DNA of 64,000 nucleotides from Botryllus schlosseri (GCA_051294905.1 CM119384.1:15934001-15998000), one strand, 5' to 3'. Positions 1 to 12,659 are shown, counted from the first letter of the stretch. Translations and numbers: made by a program. Notes: a model not told the origin generated them from the letters alone.

Positions 1-234
1 AAATATTAGGATTGTGTACTTCCCGAATGTATATTAGGATTTTTCGTTGAAGTGCTTCTTGGAAGTATATTACTTTAATATACAATTGAAAAGTATATTC
101 ATATTGAAATAACTCGAATGTTTTTGTCTCGTGGCTTTGCCTACTTGCACTGTCCTGTGCAATCAACCACAGGAGAGACAATATAGGTATTTTCAGAGAA
201 GAAACACACGGCGCAACATCTGTAAGATACTCAC

Positions 235-449
235 CCTGTCGCCGTTACTGTGAAACATCAGCCGGCCCGTGCTGCCCAAGGAGTCGCACGACCAAACCGT
301 GTTCCCCATGACATTGCTCATGTTCATCTCCACTTCGAGACGCGACATGTTCATCTTCAACATCACCAACGCTTGCCAGTGATTCGGCGATCCCGTGCCG
401 GAACTTGCGTTATCTGAGCACCCAGGTTCTCCATCACGTTTTGGCGACT
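235..449 (-). CDS. BLTP1: BLTP1 exon 71 (last in window)
   Basis: WQALVMLKMNMSRLEVEMNMSNVMGNTVW...GRL; AGG|gtgagt. Confidence 0.93.
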
Positions 450-1180
450 CTGCGTTACAACCTCGATTTAGATATGTGTTTAGCAACACAACTCATCTGG
501 GTAGTGAACCAGTTACATAACTCCTATTGCCAACAAAAGAGTTGTGTTTCATTGCACACACATACTTCAGTGCCGACATAACAAAAAGAATTGGGTCACA
601 AAAACGATGACAGTCACAAGATACTGTCTGGTTACACTTCACCGCAAAGCCATTGCTCGTAGCGTCGAAAGAAGATGCAACTGGAAGAAAATATTGTGGC
701 ATGACTTTGTTAGAGAAGGCAGATTCTGCGGTTATTGTAGCGAGAAATATCAGGGTCTCAACAGGGGCATTATATTAATTAAAAGGCCTAAAATATTCAA
801 AATGTATAGATTGGTTTTTCCTGCACTGCACATTGTCGCGTGAACTATTAGGGATGCTCTAATTCAGGTGTTTGAATCAGGAGGGAGGGTTGCATACCAC
901 AAGAGGGTTGTCTGCCTTATTTCTGGTAGTCACGAAGTTGCTGGGTTATTTTATTCAGTAAACGTAATTCAGTATTCAGCCGTGAGTAGCTCTGTGTGAA
1001 GGTGCTCATTTCTTTTTGTTTTGTAATAAACTTCACAAATTTACAAATTTAAAATTGTGCCGCAGTCATAAAAAGGTGTCAGTGACTTCATCATCCTCGT
1101 TCAAAATAATCGAACATACAAAAATTTCGAAATTAATATTCTTTTACACTACGATACAGCAATAAGACATGGAAACAAAC

Positions 1181-1341
1181 CTGATTTTCCTGTAGCTTTG
1201 ACGCTTGTCTGCCTGTGCGAAGGTGACAGCGGAGTGTCTGCAGTCAGGAAACTCAATAGGCTGTTTTCGCCCGGAGTAGGTAGCTGTGTTTTCGCGTTGG
1301 AACCTGTTTTCTTCTCCTTCCTGTGCGGATGAGGCGAATTC
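1181..1341 (-). CDS. BLTP1: BLTP1 exon 70
   Basis: Open low-complexity exon; phases 2-1 fit; 65-nt preceding intron. Confidence 0.75.
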
Positions 1342-1406
1342 CTAGTGTAACAAATAATTGGAGCATGTCTCGAGGTGCTGACGTAACGCTCAAAATAGCG
1401 GATTAC

Positions 1407-1530
1407 GTGGTTGGTTTTTCGCTTGCGTCGCCCAGGAACAGTCTTCTGGCGATGCTTCGCCGGTACCACGCTTTTGGGAACGCCAGAATTTCGTTGAGTC
1501 TTCTCATGTCGTATTTGAAAGCGGCTTTGC
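1407..1530 (-). CDS. BLTP1: BLTP1 exon 69 (acceptor 1530 or 1575)
   Basis: AAFKYDMRRLNEILAFPKAWYRRSIARRLFLGD; two in-frame phase-1 acceptors. Confidence 0.9.
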
Positions 1531-2172
1531 CTGTAGATGCAACGGGAACACTGTATAGCGCGAAACGAGCCAAGCCTGCCGTAATTTGCTATCCTCGTGT
1601 TTATAAGAATGAGCTATAATTAGATATTAACGAAACTTGGTTCAATGTCCCAGTTTTTCGAATTCAGTAATTCTAATTTAATTTGGAAATAACCGTGTAG
1701 CTATAATTCTAATTCTACTCTAGTTTAAAATAAACTTTGTAGATGCTATTCTAATTCTAAATCTGCTTTACGGGCCCTGAAAAGGAAGAAAATCTCAAAA
1801 GAACCTCACTCTCCAGAAATTGGCAGAGAAACAGCTGGTGAAGTACCCGTTCGTCAAACTATTGATTTTCCCAAGACAGGCTTTAGGGCTGGGCTAAATC
1901 GAGTGATTTGGTTTAGACTTGGGTACTAGGCCTAGAATCAAGATTTCGAGTATCACCCATTCTGCTATGACATGGTTATGGACGGAAATTGTTTAAAATT
2001 CAAGTTTGCCAGCTCTCCACTACATTACAGATAAATTAACAGTTTCGAACACACCTATTTCTTGGCACTTGTGATAATGCTGTCGCTTGTTCACAACTTT
2101 GCAGAAATGTTATTTCCAGCTTTGTACTAGATGTTTTGTGTCTCAGATATCACTTACCGATATCCAACAAAC

Positions 2173-2281
2173 CGGAAACATGCATGATCGCGTTGTCAAT
2201 TTTACATTTCGTACTTCCGGACGATGACATCAAGTCGCCGACAAGAATCGCGTCACCTTTTCTACTTCTCACGAGTGTGAT
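2173..2281 (-). CDS. BLTP1: BLTP1 exon 68
   Basis: ITLVRSRKG...IDNAIMHVS. Confidence 0.85.
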
Positions 2282-2465
2282 CTGTAAGAATATTTTCGCA
2301 CGTTGCAAGCGTGAGACAAGGTGGCAAGGTGAGACAAGTAGACGTCCACCTGACTTAAACAGAGGTATTCAACCTATGGGCCATGGGCAAGTATTCAATG
2401 GGGCGCCGACCTTGCTGCTATGTATATAGTCGGGGTTGCCGTACAGTATTCATTTATTAAGATTA

Positions 2466-3305
2466 CAGTAATTTTCCATGTATAATGCGCAAAATTTTAC
2501 CGATTTTTTGCCCTAAAATAGGGGGGTGCGTATTATGCACGGGTACAGCAAGCCTTGAAAAAAAATCCCTCGATCAAAAACTTGAAATCACACCTTTCTT
2601 CATGTTTGTTTAAATCGCGCATCACCTCTAGCCATTGGGCCCCGTAATTCGTATTATAGAGTGTAACGCGCTGCCAAATAGAGAAGCGTGTTGCCAATTA
2701 ACGAAGAGCGAGTTTCTAATTAACGAGAGTCGTCTGCGAAGCAGGCGATCACGCGTTGGTTTGCCGTTTGTACGCGAGCGAAATTAGGTCGCTGATTGCT
2801 GCAAGCGTGCTCGGCAATCCTTGATGATTCATCGCGTTAACGACCGGCCTTAACAATCGCATACACATTACACAAGAGGCCATGTGCGCAAGATATAATC
2901 GCTTGCGTAATCAGACGCATCTCCAACAGGACTGGTGCGCCCGACATAACCGTTGGCCTGAGCAATCGCATCTGTAATTGTAACAGGCCACGTGCGCAAG
3001 ATGTCATGTGTCGCTAGCCTGAGCTATCGCGTCGCCGACCTCACAGGCTTTGGCTACTATCTAGTATCGTTTAGAGACAATGCCGTTAATTGTATTATGA
3101 TTAGCGATCGTTATGTCACGATTGTTCGACAGTGACATCGCAAAACAGAACAACATCGAATACTAAACCGCAACTATTCATGTACTCATGTACTGCGAAT
3201 GCAGGGTGCGTACCATACATGGGTACAGGCTTTTCCCCAGAATATATACGTCATTTTAAGGGTGCGTATTATACATGGGGGCGCACTATATTCGGAAAAT
3301 TACGG
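2466..3305. mobile_element. Non-autonomous Tc1/mariner (pogo/Tigger-like) element
   Basis: TIR CAGTAATTTTCCATGTATAATGCGC / CCGTAATTTTCCGAATATAGTGCGC, TA on both flanks, subterminal GGTGCGTATTAT. Confidence 0.8.
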
Positions 3306-3879
3306 TAGTTCTTATTTGGAACGGCAACGTCTGGCGGTAACAGGGGCTTCTTCTAACCAGAGATTTTTTTTCCGACCATCCTCCTAAATTTTTCACTGAG
3401 CGTGACTGAGCAAACGCCATGTTTGAAGCTATTTAGTGGGGCATGAGCAAAAAGAGATTGAAATCTCTTGCCCTAGAGCAGTTTTTCACAAACTTTTGTT
3501 GAGCGCGTATCGCTGATTTGTTTCTTGCTACTCTGCGTAGTGCGTACCACATACCTTTTAAATCACTTATTTGACTCAAAAGTGTTATTACTTATTTACT
3601 GAAAAAGGTTATTGATGATAACACCAATGATAAACAAGTAACACAATTTACTGTGTTGGATGCAGCTAATTAATCTGTAGAAGCACGTTTATCTAAGCCA
3701 GGGGTCGGCAACCTTTTGCTAGTCGCGGGCCAAATTTCAGGTGCACAATATTTTGGCGGGCCGGACCGGAATTTTTCTTAATACTATAGTTAACAGTCAC
3801 GTCGGTATATTACCCTACAATGCTGCAATCTCAATCATACAAATCACAAAAAGAGCAAAACACATGTATTTACACTTCA

Positions 3880-4600
3880 ACAACGCAGGATAAATGTGAC
3901 ACTTGGCGCAGCAGCTTGCTTTGTGATAGATTTTCAACTTCTGGCAACAAGTCAGATGAAGCTAGAATCAGGCCATATTCAGAATGTGTGTTGGGATACG
4001 TGATCTTAGCTTGCTCTTCGTGAATTTCATTGTTGAAAACTATTGTTCACATGCGCACGTGCTACCAAACGTCGATGCTATTTCTTTTGCATTGTTGGTC
4101 AAGCTGGGATGAAGACCCATTTCAAGAACGTACTCTTTGTCAAAGTCAATCAGCGATATGCTCTTTGTATGAAATTTGTCATTCAATTCAACTGCATGGC
4201 ATTTCAAATGGGCCCATTTGAAATTTTCTGGCAATGGTATTGGCGCCCACATTAACCGGTGTACTGGGTAGTCAGAATTTATTTTGTACAGAACGAATGT
4301 CGGAAAAGTGGATGGAAATTCATTAATTAAATTTGGTATATCACAGTTACAAATGTATAGTGCTGGTACTAGGTTTACTCTCCTCCAGTATAGGAAAGTG
4401 AGCTTATTTAGTTGTTTCCCCCTGAAGTTGCAAATTCAATTTGTTTAGATGTGACGTTAAATGTTCTACGAAAGCAAGATTAGATACCCATTTTCGATGA
4501 CAAGATTATGAGTCGGCGATGTTTGTATTTTCAAGGAAAGTTGCTATTTCATTTCTCAGTTCATACACTCGTGCAAGCATCTCGACGTAACAAAGCATGT
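3880..4600 (-). pseudogene. Decayed hAT transposase C-terminal part (GTF2IRD2/SPIN-like)
   Basis: RVYELRNEIATFL, KWVSNLAFVEHLTSHLNKLNLQLQG and FGSTCACEQ*FSTMK, with stops and frameshifts. Confidence 0.88.
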
Positions 4601-5316
4601 ACCCGTTTTGCCAGTGACACTTGCAACCGACGGGTTTGCCCAAGACACAGAAAACTTCAGAAGAACGCATATTGCTTGGAATGCCGAACAGCTTCTTGTA
4701 GTTGAAGTGCTATATGTTTCGTTGTTCTTGTGTTTGAAATATACGTGACAAAGCAATGCTTATTGGGGTAGGCCTATCTTTACTATTGCTTTTGGGTCTT
4801 CATTCATTACAGTGGAACGTATTGACTCAAAGGCTTTTCGCGTGCGCCTTGTCAGGAGTTAGCGACACAAGAAGAGCTTACTGAAATATAGACATACGAA
4901 AACCAAATTGGCAAAATATGACGTAACAATGTAATAATAAAAAGGATCGCTAACAGCTGTACCGGTACTCCGGTAGTCATAACAAAGTGACAAGAGAAAA
5001 TCAAATCATACAAAACACAGACAATTAGCGGTATTTTATTTAATATTTTAGGATTGCATAGATAGGCCTACTCTTTGTGCTTGTTATTGTGCCGTTAACT
5101 CTTTGATGGGGGCACACGGGGGATCTTTGAGGTGATGGATTCTGCTGTGGTGAATGTGGTTCTGAGAGCAATATTCAAGTTCAGTACCGCCAGTAACATT
5201 TGAGGTATCTCTGCGTTGCTCTGAGAGCTATTAAGGTGATTAACATTTAAAAAGTGGTATTCTGTGACTCACGCAGCAGCCTGATTCTAAAATCGGAATA
5301 TGACGAACCGGACCAG

Positions 5317-5402
5317 TACGGGGCTCGTTCACTTTCGGACCAAATACCCTTTTTCTCCGTAACGCTGTACTGAGTTTGGTCCGAAAGTGAACGAGCCCCG
5401 TA
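5317..5402. mobile_element. 86-bp foldback mini-MITE nested in the hAT element
   Basis: Perfect 28-bp inverted repeat (5317-5344 / 5375-5402) including terminal TA; 30-nt spacer. Confidence 0.75.
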
Positions 5403-5828
5403 GGTGCGTGAATTACATGTTCCGGAATCATCATCCGTAAGTGGAAGAAAACATTATAAATTTTGACATTTTTCGAAGCAGTGCTGCATTGCAGATTGGA
5501 ACTCATTACGAAACGGCGGGCCGTATTCTTGTGGTAACTAATCATTTCGTCGCGGGCCGGACGATTTCGCTTGGCGGGCCGGATCCGGCCCGCGGGCCGT
5601 AGGTTGCCGACCCTTGATCTAAGCTATAGCATTACTCAAAGCACATCAGAGATTATGTCTAGATTCAATGTGACGACCTCAGCACTTGGCTTAATGGCCA
5701 TCAATAGTGAGAATTCTTGTTCACGCACTCATGTCATAAAAATTGGAGTTCACACACACAGTTCTACACTGACGTATGAATATAAGCCGGCGGTCTTGTT
5801 GGCAAAATATATATGTAAACCACTTCAC

Positions 5829-6040
5829 CTTGACAAACTCCAAATTCACGCTGAGAGAGTCACGACGCCCGCTGCCGGTTTTGGAAAACGGCGAATCAGA
5901 AGAGCCGGGACTCCCGATAAAACTGGCGCTCAGGTCCAAGGGGTATGCCGAGCCAGTAGACTGTTTGCCGCCATACGGGTGGAAGACGTAGATCGAAAAG
6001 TCCGATAAAACGGCCGAGAACGTGAGGCCTTTTTGGTGTT
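5829..6040 (-). CDS. BLTP1: BLTP1 exon 67
   Basis: GLTFSAVLSDFSIYVFHPYGG...RRDSLSVNLEFVK. Confidence 0.94.
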
Positions 6041-6871
6041 CTGTGAAAAAAAATCATGTAACCGAGATATCAGGTGCAGAAATAATCAAATACTCGGAAG
6101 TAGACAAATTGATACGCCATCACAACCATCAGCTTAGCATTATTTCAGAATATCAGGTAAAGCTATCAAAATCTAGCCATAGTCATCGCCATGGCTATCA
6201 AATGGACAACATAACAATGTTACATCGTTTAACCATGAAATTTTTAAACAGAGGACTAAAAAAGTCATCACTTTCGCGAAGTCATAATCATGACCTCAGT
6301 ACTTGAAATGTGGACAAAAATTCAATTTAACTCAAACCTTCTTCGAGTGACATTTACTAATCACACGATCTGTGACGACTGATTGACGTGTATTGTTGTG
6401 GCCAGACTTGGACAACTAGATAATTGTAGTTGTGCAGTAAGACCAATTGGTGCAAAATACCCATTTTAATTTTAATTTATTTGGGATATGTTTTTATGCT
6501 CTGAAAATACTAACTGCCAGCTGTATCGTGCGAGCCAAGCCTCTACAGACATTTGCCACTCTTAAGCTTATCAGTGTTCTTCTTACTGTACTGTCAAATT
6601 ATGGTCTGTAAGTGTCAACACTGACGCCTTGATATCCAACATTTTTTCTCCCTCCCTATGCACACATTGAAAATATTGCTTATTCATGTTTTCGTAGTGG
6701 GACAAATTTAGTTCAAATTCCAACAACCTATCAATCTCTAACGACATGTCGAATACGTACGTCCCCCTGCCGAAAAGCTGCTTTCCGATTGGTCGCTTGA
6801 CTTCGAGTCTTCTCGCTCTGAAAGAAAATCAAGTTGAGATCGAAGTCAGACTCCCTACTATGAGACGTTAC

Positions 6872-7004
6872 TTTTTTCTCTCGTCTCTTCGGTAGAAAAA
6901 GGCAGTTCTGCTATGTCCTCCGCTATGCTGCTGAATTTCAAATCGATGTTCGGTATCTGGAGCAGGCATTCGACACGGGACATGGGGACGCAGTTGAAGC
7001 GAAC
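6872..7004 (-). CDS. BLTP1: BLTP1 exon 66
   Basis: VRFNCVPMSRVECLLQIPNIDLKFSS. Confidence 0.92.
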
Positions 7005-7232
7005 CTGGGAATGAGACAACGCGAAATTTACACATAGGCAGAGACTCGAATTTACCGCGACATTTGGAAACGCATTCACAAATAAAGCGTCGGATGGTGC
7101 TACTTCACTTTCATATACATTTCATTGAAATGATCGCACTGAGAATGTACTATAAAATAGCATCTTGTGCGTTAATAATAAACAGACACTTGGGAGCACA
7201 GAAGTTTATTTATTTCCTGAAGCTATTAACAT

Positions 7233-8185
7233 CACTGTTGAGATCAAGTTACTACCTTCGAGTCACGAGTCATTGCAGATTTTGACTCGAGTCAAGTCAA
7301 GTCAATCGATTTTTAAAGTTGACTCGAGTCAAGTCAAGTCACTCGTTTTTGGAGGTGACTCGAGTCAAGTCAAGTCACGAGTCACGTCACAATTCAAGTC
7401 AAATTGAATTCAAGTCATTAGATTTTGCTAGCCGTGTGAAAGACAGGATAATTGGCCATATCTTGAATCAAATAACTAATATAAAATTAAATATGCCTGC
7501 AAGAAGGCATTGTATCCCTCACGCACACGTAGAACTGCTAATAAAATACGTGAGTAACTGTACATCATGTACCTACATGCTACAGTTGGTTATTAGCAGC
7601 AAAAATATAGGACCTAATACGAAGCTTCGAGAAGTTGTAACAAATTGATATGGCACAATATCAATAAACACTACCCATCTACACATCCGTGAGAATATAA
7701 ACGCACAAACTATATTTGTTCGATTTAAATCATACAAGAGGGTTGGTAAATATGAGCACTGTGCAACGTAAGCATTGAGCCGTCTAAGAAACAGAGACAC
7801 ATTGCTACTACGTTGCCACCCTACAATTTCAACAACGTAAGCTGTGATCGTTTAGTTTGCGGTCAATTTATTTGTGATCTAACAATGGAGGTAGTATAAT
7901 GTCGAATCAGTGAATGAGCGGTTGTTCTCACAAGTGACACCGGCATATCTCGAACAATCCGAACATACACAATATACAGTCATTTATTTGATACCGCTTA
8001 CTTGATGACTTGAAATTGACTCGAAAATTTTGCTCCGAGTCACGAGTCAATGCACATTTTTGAAGCTCCGAGTCAAGTCAAGTCAAGTCATTTTTCCGAA
8101 GTGACTCGATTCAAGTCAAGTCATACAAAAATGTTGACTCGAGTCTGACTCGAGTCAAGTCATGACTCGAGTCATCCCAACACTG
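7233..8185. mobile_element. hAT MITE with GACTCGAGTC/AGTCA subterminal repeats
   Basis: Ends CACTGTTG / CAACACTG; TSD ATTAACAT / AATAACAT. Confidence 0.85.
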
Positions 8186-8426
8186 AATAACATGATGAAA
8201 TCATTCTAGCTGGTCCAAAATTTTTGGTCTTGAAATTACGGACATGCATGCAGTGCTGATTAATAAATCAAATAGTCGGCTTTTGGTGGGCACAGGCAAT
8301 GTGAATGTGAAGTAATGTTATTCTTTAGATAAAATCTCTGTCCCAGTAAAACTGTAACCAGTTTTGAGCGTCCAAGCATTCGAACAGGACTATCACTTAT
8401 TCAAAACATCTAAACACCGTTATTAC

Positions 8427-8593
8427 CTGAGAAGGCTGCACGTTAACCTCAACAACGACATCTAGAGGCAGGGAATTTAAAGACGACTCGGAGGACAGGA
8501 CTGATCCTTCTTGCGGCGATGGTTCTGCTTCCTCGTTGAGTTCGATATCAGAAGTTTCCTCTTCCGAGTAGCCTGACGATCCATGCACTGATC
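8427..8593 (-). CDS. BLTP1: BLTP1 exon 65
   Basis: SLPLDVVVEVNVQPSQ. Confidence 0.92.
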
Positions 8594-8990
8594 CTGAAAA
8601 TACGGCGAAATAGTCAATTCCTGAATATCTCAAAATCAAGCAGATTATTTAACCATCAGAGTGTTATAACTGGGGATTGTCTAAAGAGCTGTGCTACAAA
8701 AATACAGACGGCGATCACCACAAAACTTTGTGCCAGTTTTTTTAGTCTGATATTGGACGATGCTACTCTCGTGATTTTTTGACACTGTTTGTGGTCAGTG
8801 TTTTACAGCCCAAAGTCAAATTTGGGAAAATTCACAACAAAAAAGCCATCGAGACTGATGGAAGAATAATTATTTTTGGGTGAGATAAGGCCGTGAGGAT
8901 AGAGTACAGGTACCATGTTAGTATGTTTGAAATTCCTGATGTTTTTTCAAACTTTTGACTTGCTAGTCCCTTTAAAACCGAACCCAATAC

Positions 8991-9490
8991 CTTGTCTCGA
9001 AGAATTGACGGACGGCTTCTGCGAAAAGCTACCCCTCGGCGTCCCTGGCGCGACGACTTCATTCAACGTCTGCTCCAAAAAGTCCAAAAGGTACGGGCTG
9101 ATCACCATCTCCGGCAGAGACTGCAAATTCAGCTTGGCCCGTACGCACGCGCGTTTCGACCCAGTCACAGAAACTGCGGGCTGAGGGTCTTTCTCCTCGG
9201 AAAACTGCGACGGGCTGGACACTTCGATTTGGGGTATCATCGGGTTCAAATGACCTGGCCCGGGTTGAACCGGGGGTGTCACGTATTCCGGGGTGTTCTC
9301 GTTTTGTTCGGCTACAGTCTCCATGGGGCCTGGGGGGAAAGCGAATGCCGCCCCGTCTTTTTTCGGGGGTGTCGAAACGGTGGCAGAGGACGCGGAGTTG
9401 TATTGGACAGACACGTCCAGCCCGGGGATGTAGAACACTGTGGTGTTTTTGACGAAATTGCGAGTTTTAGACGCGGGATATGTGGACTGC
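8991..9490 (-). CDS. BLTP1: BLTP1 exon 64
   Basis: TTVFYIPGLDVSVQYNS...LQSLPEMVISPYLLDFLEQTL. Confidence 0.94.
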
Positions 9491-10179
9491 CTGAAAATAC
9501 AAAAAAACAAGACGGAATTTACAAAAAATTTGTCAATGTCTCAATGTTCTACTGTATCACTTCGGAAGCTAATGCAACTGTCTGTAAATGTCGACCAGGG
9601 CTGATTATGGCGCAGTGTGACGCCACAAGTACGACTTCACGCGTATAACTGATATGGCAAGTTCAAATATGCACCAAATACGTGACCACCAATAATAATA
9701 AATTGCCAGTTCTACATCACATAAAACAATGTTCGGTAGCTTTTCGCCCCTACCTATTTCATTGCACGTTGTGACAATGTTATGGTTTGATTACGATTTC
9801 ACATATATGTCATTTCTAGTAACGCGCAAGGCTTTGTATTACATGTTTTGTATGCCGCCATACGACTAATCTAGGAGAAAATGATATCAAAAGTATAATT
9901 CTCGTTGATAAATTAACAAGTAGTGATCATTAGAATCATAATAATTCGATTCATATCCACAATTCATATTTGAGTACTATAATAAATATAGTGCCTAGAT
10001 CTGATTTCTGAAAATATAATTAGAATTAGCTTTGCGGGAGCGATAAAGATATGTCGAGCTAGATAAGGGGGTAATGCGTCGAAAATGTTTGCTCTACATC
10101 GTTATCTTGGTACATCCACAATCACGGATCCACAATCGTACACGGTGAATTTCCAATCGGAATGCGGCCAGCCACTCAC

Positions 10180-10307
10180 ATCATTCCATAATCGGGCCTT
10201 GGCGCTGGATCGATTTCTTGCAGATGTGGGTGACACTCGATTTTCCCACCGTCTACGACAGCCTTCACCTCCAATTCCAACTGGATTTCGGCTTCCGGCG
10301 GACAGTT
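10180..10307 (-). CDS. BLTP1: BLTP1 exon 63
   Basis: EIQLELEVKAVVDGGKIECHP. Confidence 0.88.
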
Positions 10308-10485
10308 CTGCAAACGCAAATAAATGCCGCATCTGACCCTGTTTTCACGCTGTTTACTTTCGCCCTAGGTTTATACAGAAATTGAGACGAAATTGATATA
10401 CTTTCTCGACTACTGAGATCATGTAGTTACAAACAAACTTCAGTTCTAACATGGAAATCATACCTGCAATTCCGATGCGCCAAAC

Positions 10486-10612
10486 ATAACTTGACTTTCA
10501 AAACCACATTCACTAAGTATCGACGGCAATTTAAATTCATATCTCTACGTAACTTGACTTTGGAAACTACATTTGTGCGATATTGACAATTTAATATTCA
10601 TATCGCTACATG
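10486..10612. repeat. Imperfect tandem duplication of about 63 bp
   Basis: Two units starting TAACTTGACTTT and ending ATTCATATC(T/G)CTAC. Confidence 0.65.
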
Positions 10613-10786
10613 GTGCTCTTCTCTATCAATTTTCGTTTCAATGTCAAGAAATTTACAAATCAGGCACACAAAAATAGTCTCTAACGTGTCGAATGAATAT
10701 ATCGACGAGAATACAGCTTTCCGACTAATTTTGACAGATCAAACGATGCATACAACACAGAAATCACAATTTGAAAGGGCAAATAC

Positions 10787-10905
10787 CTGAGACAGATTCG
10801 CGAGGCTGGTGTCCGACTTTGTCGACGGAAATTGCGTCTGATTCTTTACTTTCTTCGAAACTTGTTCCTGGCCCGTCAGAGGGGAAATCGGCCCGTCCAC
10901 TTCAT
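10787..10905 (-). CDS. BLTP1: BLTP1 exon 62
   Basis: DEVDGPISP...CAG|gtattt. Confidence 0.75.
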
Positions 10906-11038
10906 CTGTTGATAGTTGACGAATTCAACTGTTGAGCGAAATGAGCATAGGCCTAATACCAGACAGCGTGACAGCGACGATACACAGTAATCGTGTTAAG
11001 TTAAGCGCATTAAAAATACTTGACTCATACTAAATTAC

Positions 11039-11088
11039 CTTCACCAGTGGATGCATCGGATTCGGTGTAGCTTGACGTCTCTTGTAAT
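11039..11088 (-). CDS. BLTP1: BLTP1 exon 61 (50 nt)
   Basis: ttttag|...G|gtaatt; bridges phase 2 to 1. Confidence 0.72.
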
Positions 11089-11572
11089 CTAAAACAAAAG
11101 TCCCCGGTCATCGGTAGCAAGAGATTCACGCAGCCAGCATACGATCGACTTGTAATTCGTTCTCACATTAATTAGCATAAAAGCTTCATTTCGGCACAAC
11201 ACACTGGTTTTCAAGGTCATGGCCTTTGCCGACAACAAACTCGGCATCCTGTCCCTTTCCCCAGCAATTTAATAGCAGTTCCTATGCCGTTTTTTTAGTA
11301 ACAGACCATCAAGGTATAATAAACACATCTTCCATAAAATGCTACAAGACTGATTTGCTTATGACACAGTATGACAGGACGAGTAAACAATTTTTAGCAA
11401 ATGTTCGATTACACAAGTCATCAGTCTATTATATCTCCAATAATGACATAATAGAATAATTTAGTCATATAAATGCAATAGGGTATAACAAACTACTTGT
11501 TATTTAAAACACATTGATTTTGTTAAAAAATTCAAGTTGAGTAGCCCTGCTATAAAACCACTATTAACTGAC

Positions 11573-11773
11573 CCATAATTTTCGTCACGAATCCTTGAGT
11601 CCGCGCCGAGGAAGTCTCCACGCGTGTCCAACGGCGGTCTGCCAGCGACGTGGTGTGCGACGGAGTCTTCGGCGCTGCGGGAACCACGTAAGTCGCCCGC
11701 AATTCGCCCGTCGCCGAGGTTTCGAGGCAGCGTTGAGTATTCCGATTTTGAATATTTTGCCGACACCTCGTTC
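11573..11773 (-). CDS. BLTP1: BLTP1 exon 60
   Basis: AGRPPLDTR; phase 2-2. Confidence 0.78.
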
Positions 11774-11878
11774 CTGTCATGGAATTCAGGCTAACTTCTC
11801 CCCAAATCACGATACATATATGAACTTTCCAAATACACCATCCAAACACTCAGAATTTTGCAGGTAAAATAAACGTAC

Positions 11879-11937
11879 CCTGCGTTAAAGACGGTGGCAG
11901 ATTTTGCTCTGTGGTGGGTATGCTTTTTCTTTTGATT
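11879..11937 (-). CDS. BLTP1: BLTP1 exon 59
   Basis: ttttcgtgcag|NQKKKHTHHRAKS...GG|gtacgt; needed to bridge phase 0 to 2. Confidence 0.8.
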
Positions 11938-12294
11938 CTGCACGAAAAAATGGAATTAAAAATCATTGTATCCAATCCAAGGTTTGGTCCAGATCACAAC
12001 AACAACAACATGTGACAAAAGCATTGAAACAGTATATTTCAATGCTTTCTCCATTCATCCAAGGGGTCAGAATCGGACTTGTGTGCAGGCCGGCATGGGC
12101 TCTTACGAAAAAAAAATGACAAGATGTGATATTATAACAAATCACTCCCCAGCTATAATCATTGTGGAGCAATACAACTGTGCAACAAGCGTCATCGATA
12201 TGACAGAAACAGCCATTAACTGGTCGGGCAGTACCGATCAATAGAACACTCCAATAATATCAATCAAACTTTGAGCAAATGTCAAAATGCTCGC

Positions 12295-12486
12295 CTGTGC
12301 ATTTCCCCGTGTGCTCGACCTTCTCAATCGACTGCGCACGACTTTACGAAAATTCGAAGACAGAGCCGCCTCCAAATCGTGCAATCTCTTCTCTTCCTCC
12401 GCTACAGTAGATGGCTTTGCTCCAAGCTCCCGTAAATCCTTCACCACTTTTGCCTGCATGTTTACAAAATCATAACCGTGCACGCG
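12295..12486 (-). CDS. BLTP1: BLTP1 exon 58 (probable GC donor)
   Basis: MQAKVVKDLRELGA...RSRLRRSSTR; CAG|gcgagc. Confidence 0.88.
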
Positions 12487-12659
12487 CTTGACAGCCGATT
12501 ATTAAGATAGCCTGAGCGATATCAAATTTCAAACTAGGACCAATGTAACTCATTTTGCTGATAAAACCGGTATTTTCTGAAATTACCAAAACGTAAAATT
12601 CTTACGACCAGAACTTTGAATTGGTGGCAGTACCTAGAAAAGGTCATCAACAGGCTCAA

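Larger units (their letters stand above)
3699..5616 (-). mobile_element. hAT (Buster/SPIN-type) transposon, internally deleted
   Basis: TIR CAGGGGTCGGCAACCT / AGGTTGCCGACCCTTG; perfect 8-bp TSD ATCTAAGC (3691-3698, 5617-5624). Confidence 0.93.

Noticed and set aside
493-702. Minus-strand ORF as an extra BLTP1 exon
   Set aside because: No donor giving the needed phase 1-1, no homology, and exons 70 and 71 join directly
5240-5545. 101-aa ORF at the 5' end of the hAT element
   Set aside because: Runs through the foldback hairpin and lacks transposase N-terminal motifs; likely a chance ORF
7260-7400. Regularly repeated GAGTCAAGTC / GATTAC motifs (also 13260-13780, 35360-35850, 38620-38760) resembling an array
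   Set aside because: Subterminal repeats of hAT MITEs; no constant repeat-spacer structure and the context is eukaryotic, so not CRISPR
8992-9648. 218-aa plus-strand ORF
   Set aside because: Antisense shadow of GC-richer BLTP1 exon 64; no recognisable protein features
9605-9670. Possible tRNA-derived SINE head (TGGCGCAGTGTG ... GTTCAAAT)
   Set aside because: B-box imperfect, no cloverleaf, no tail, no second copy in the window
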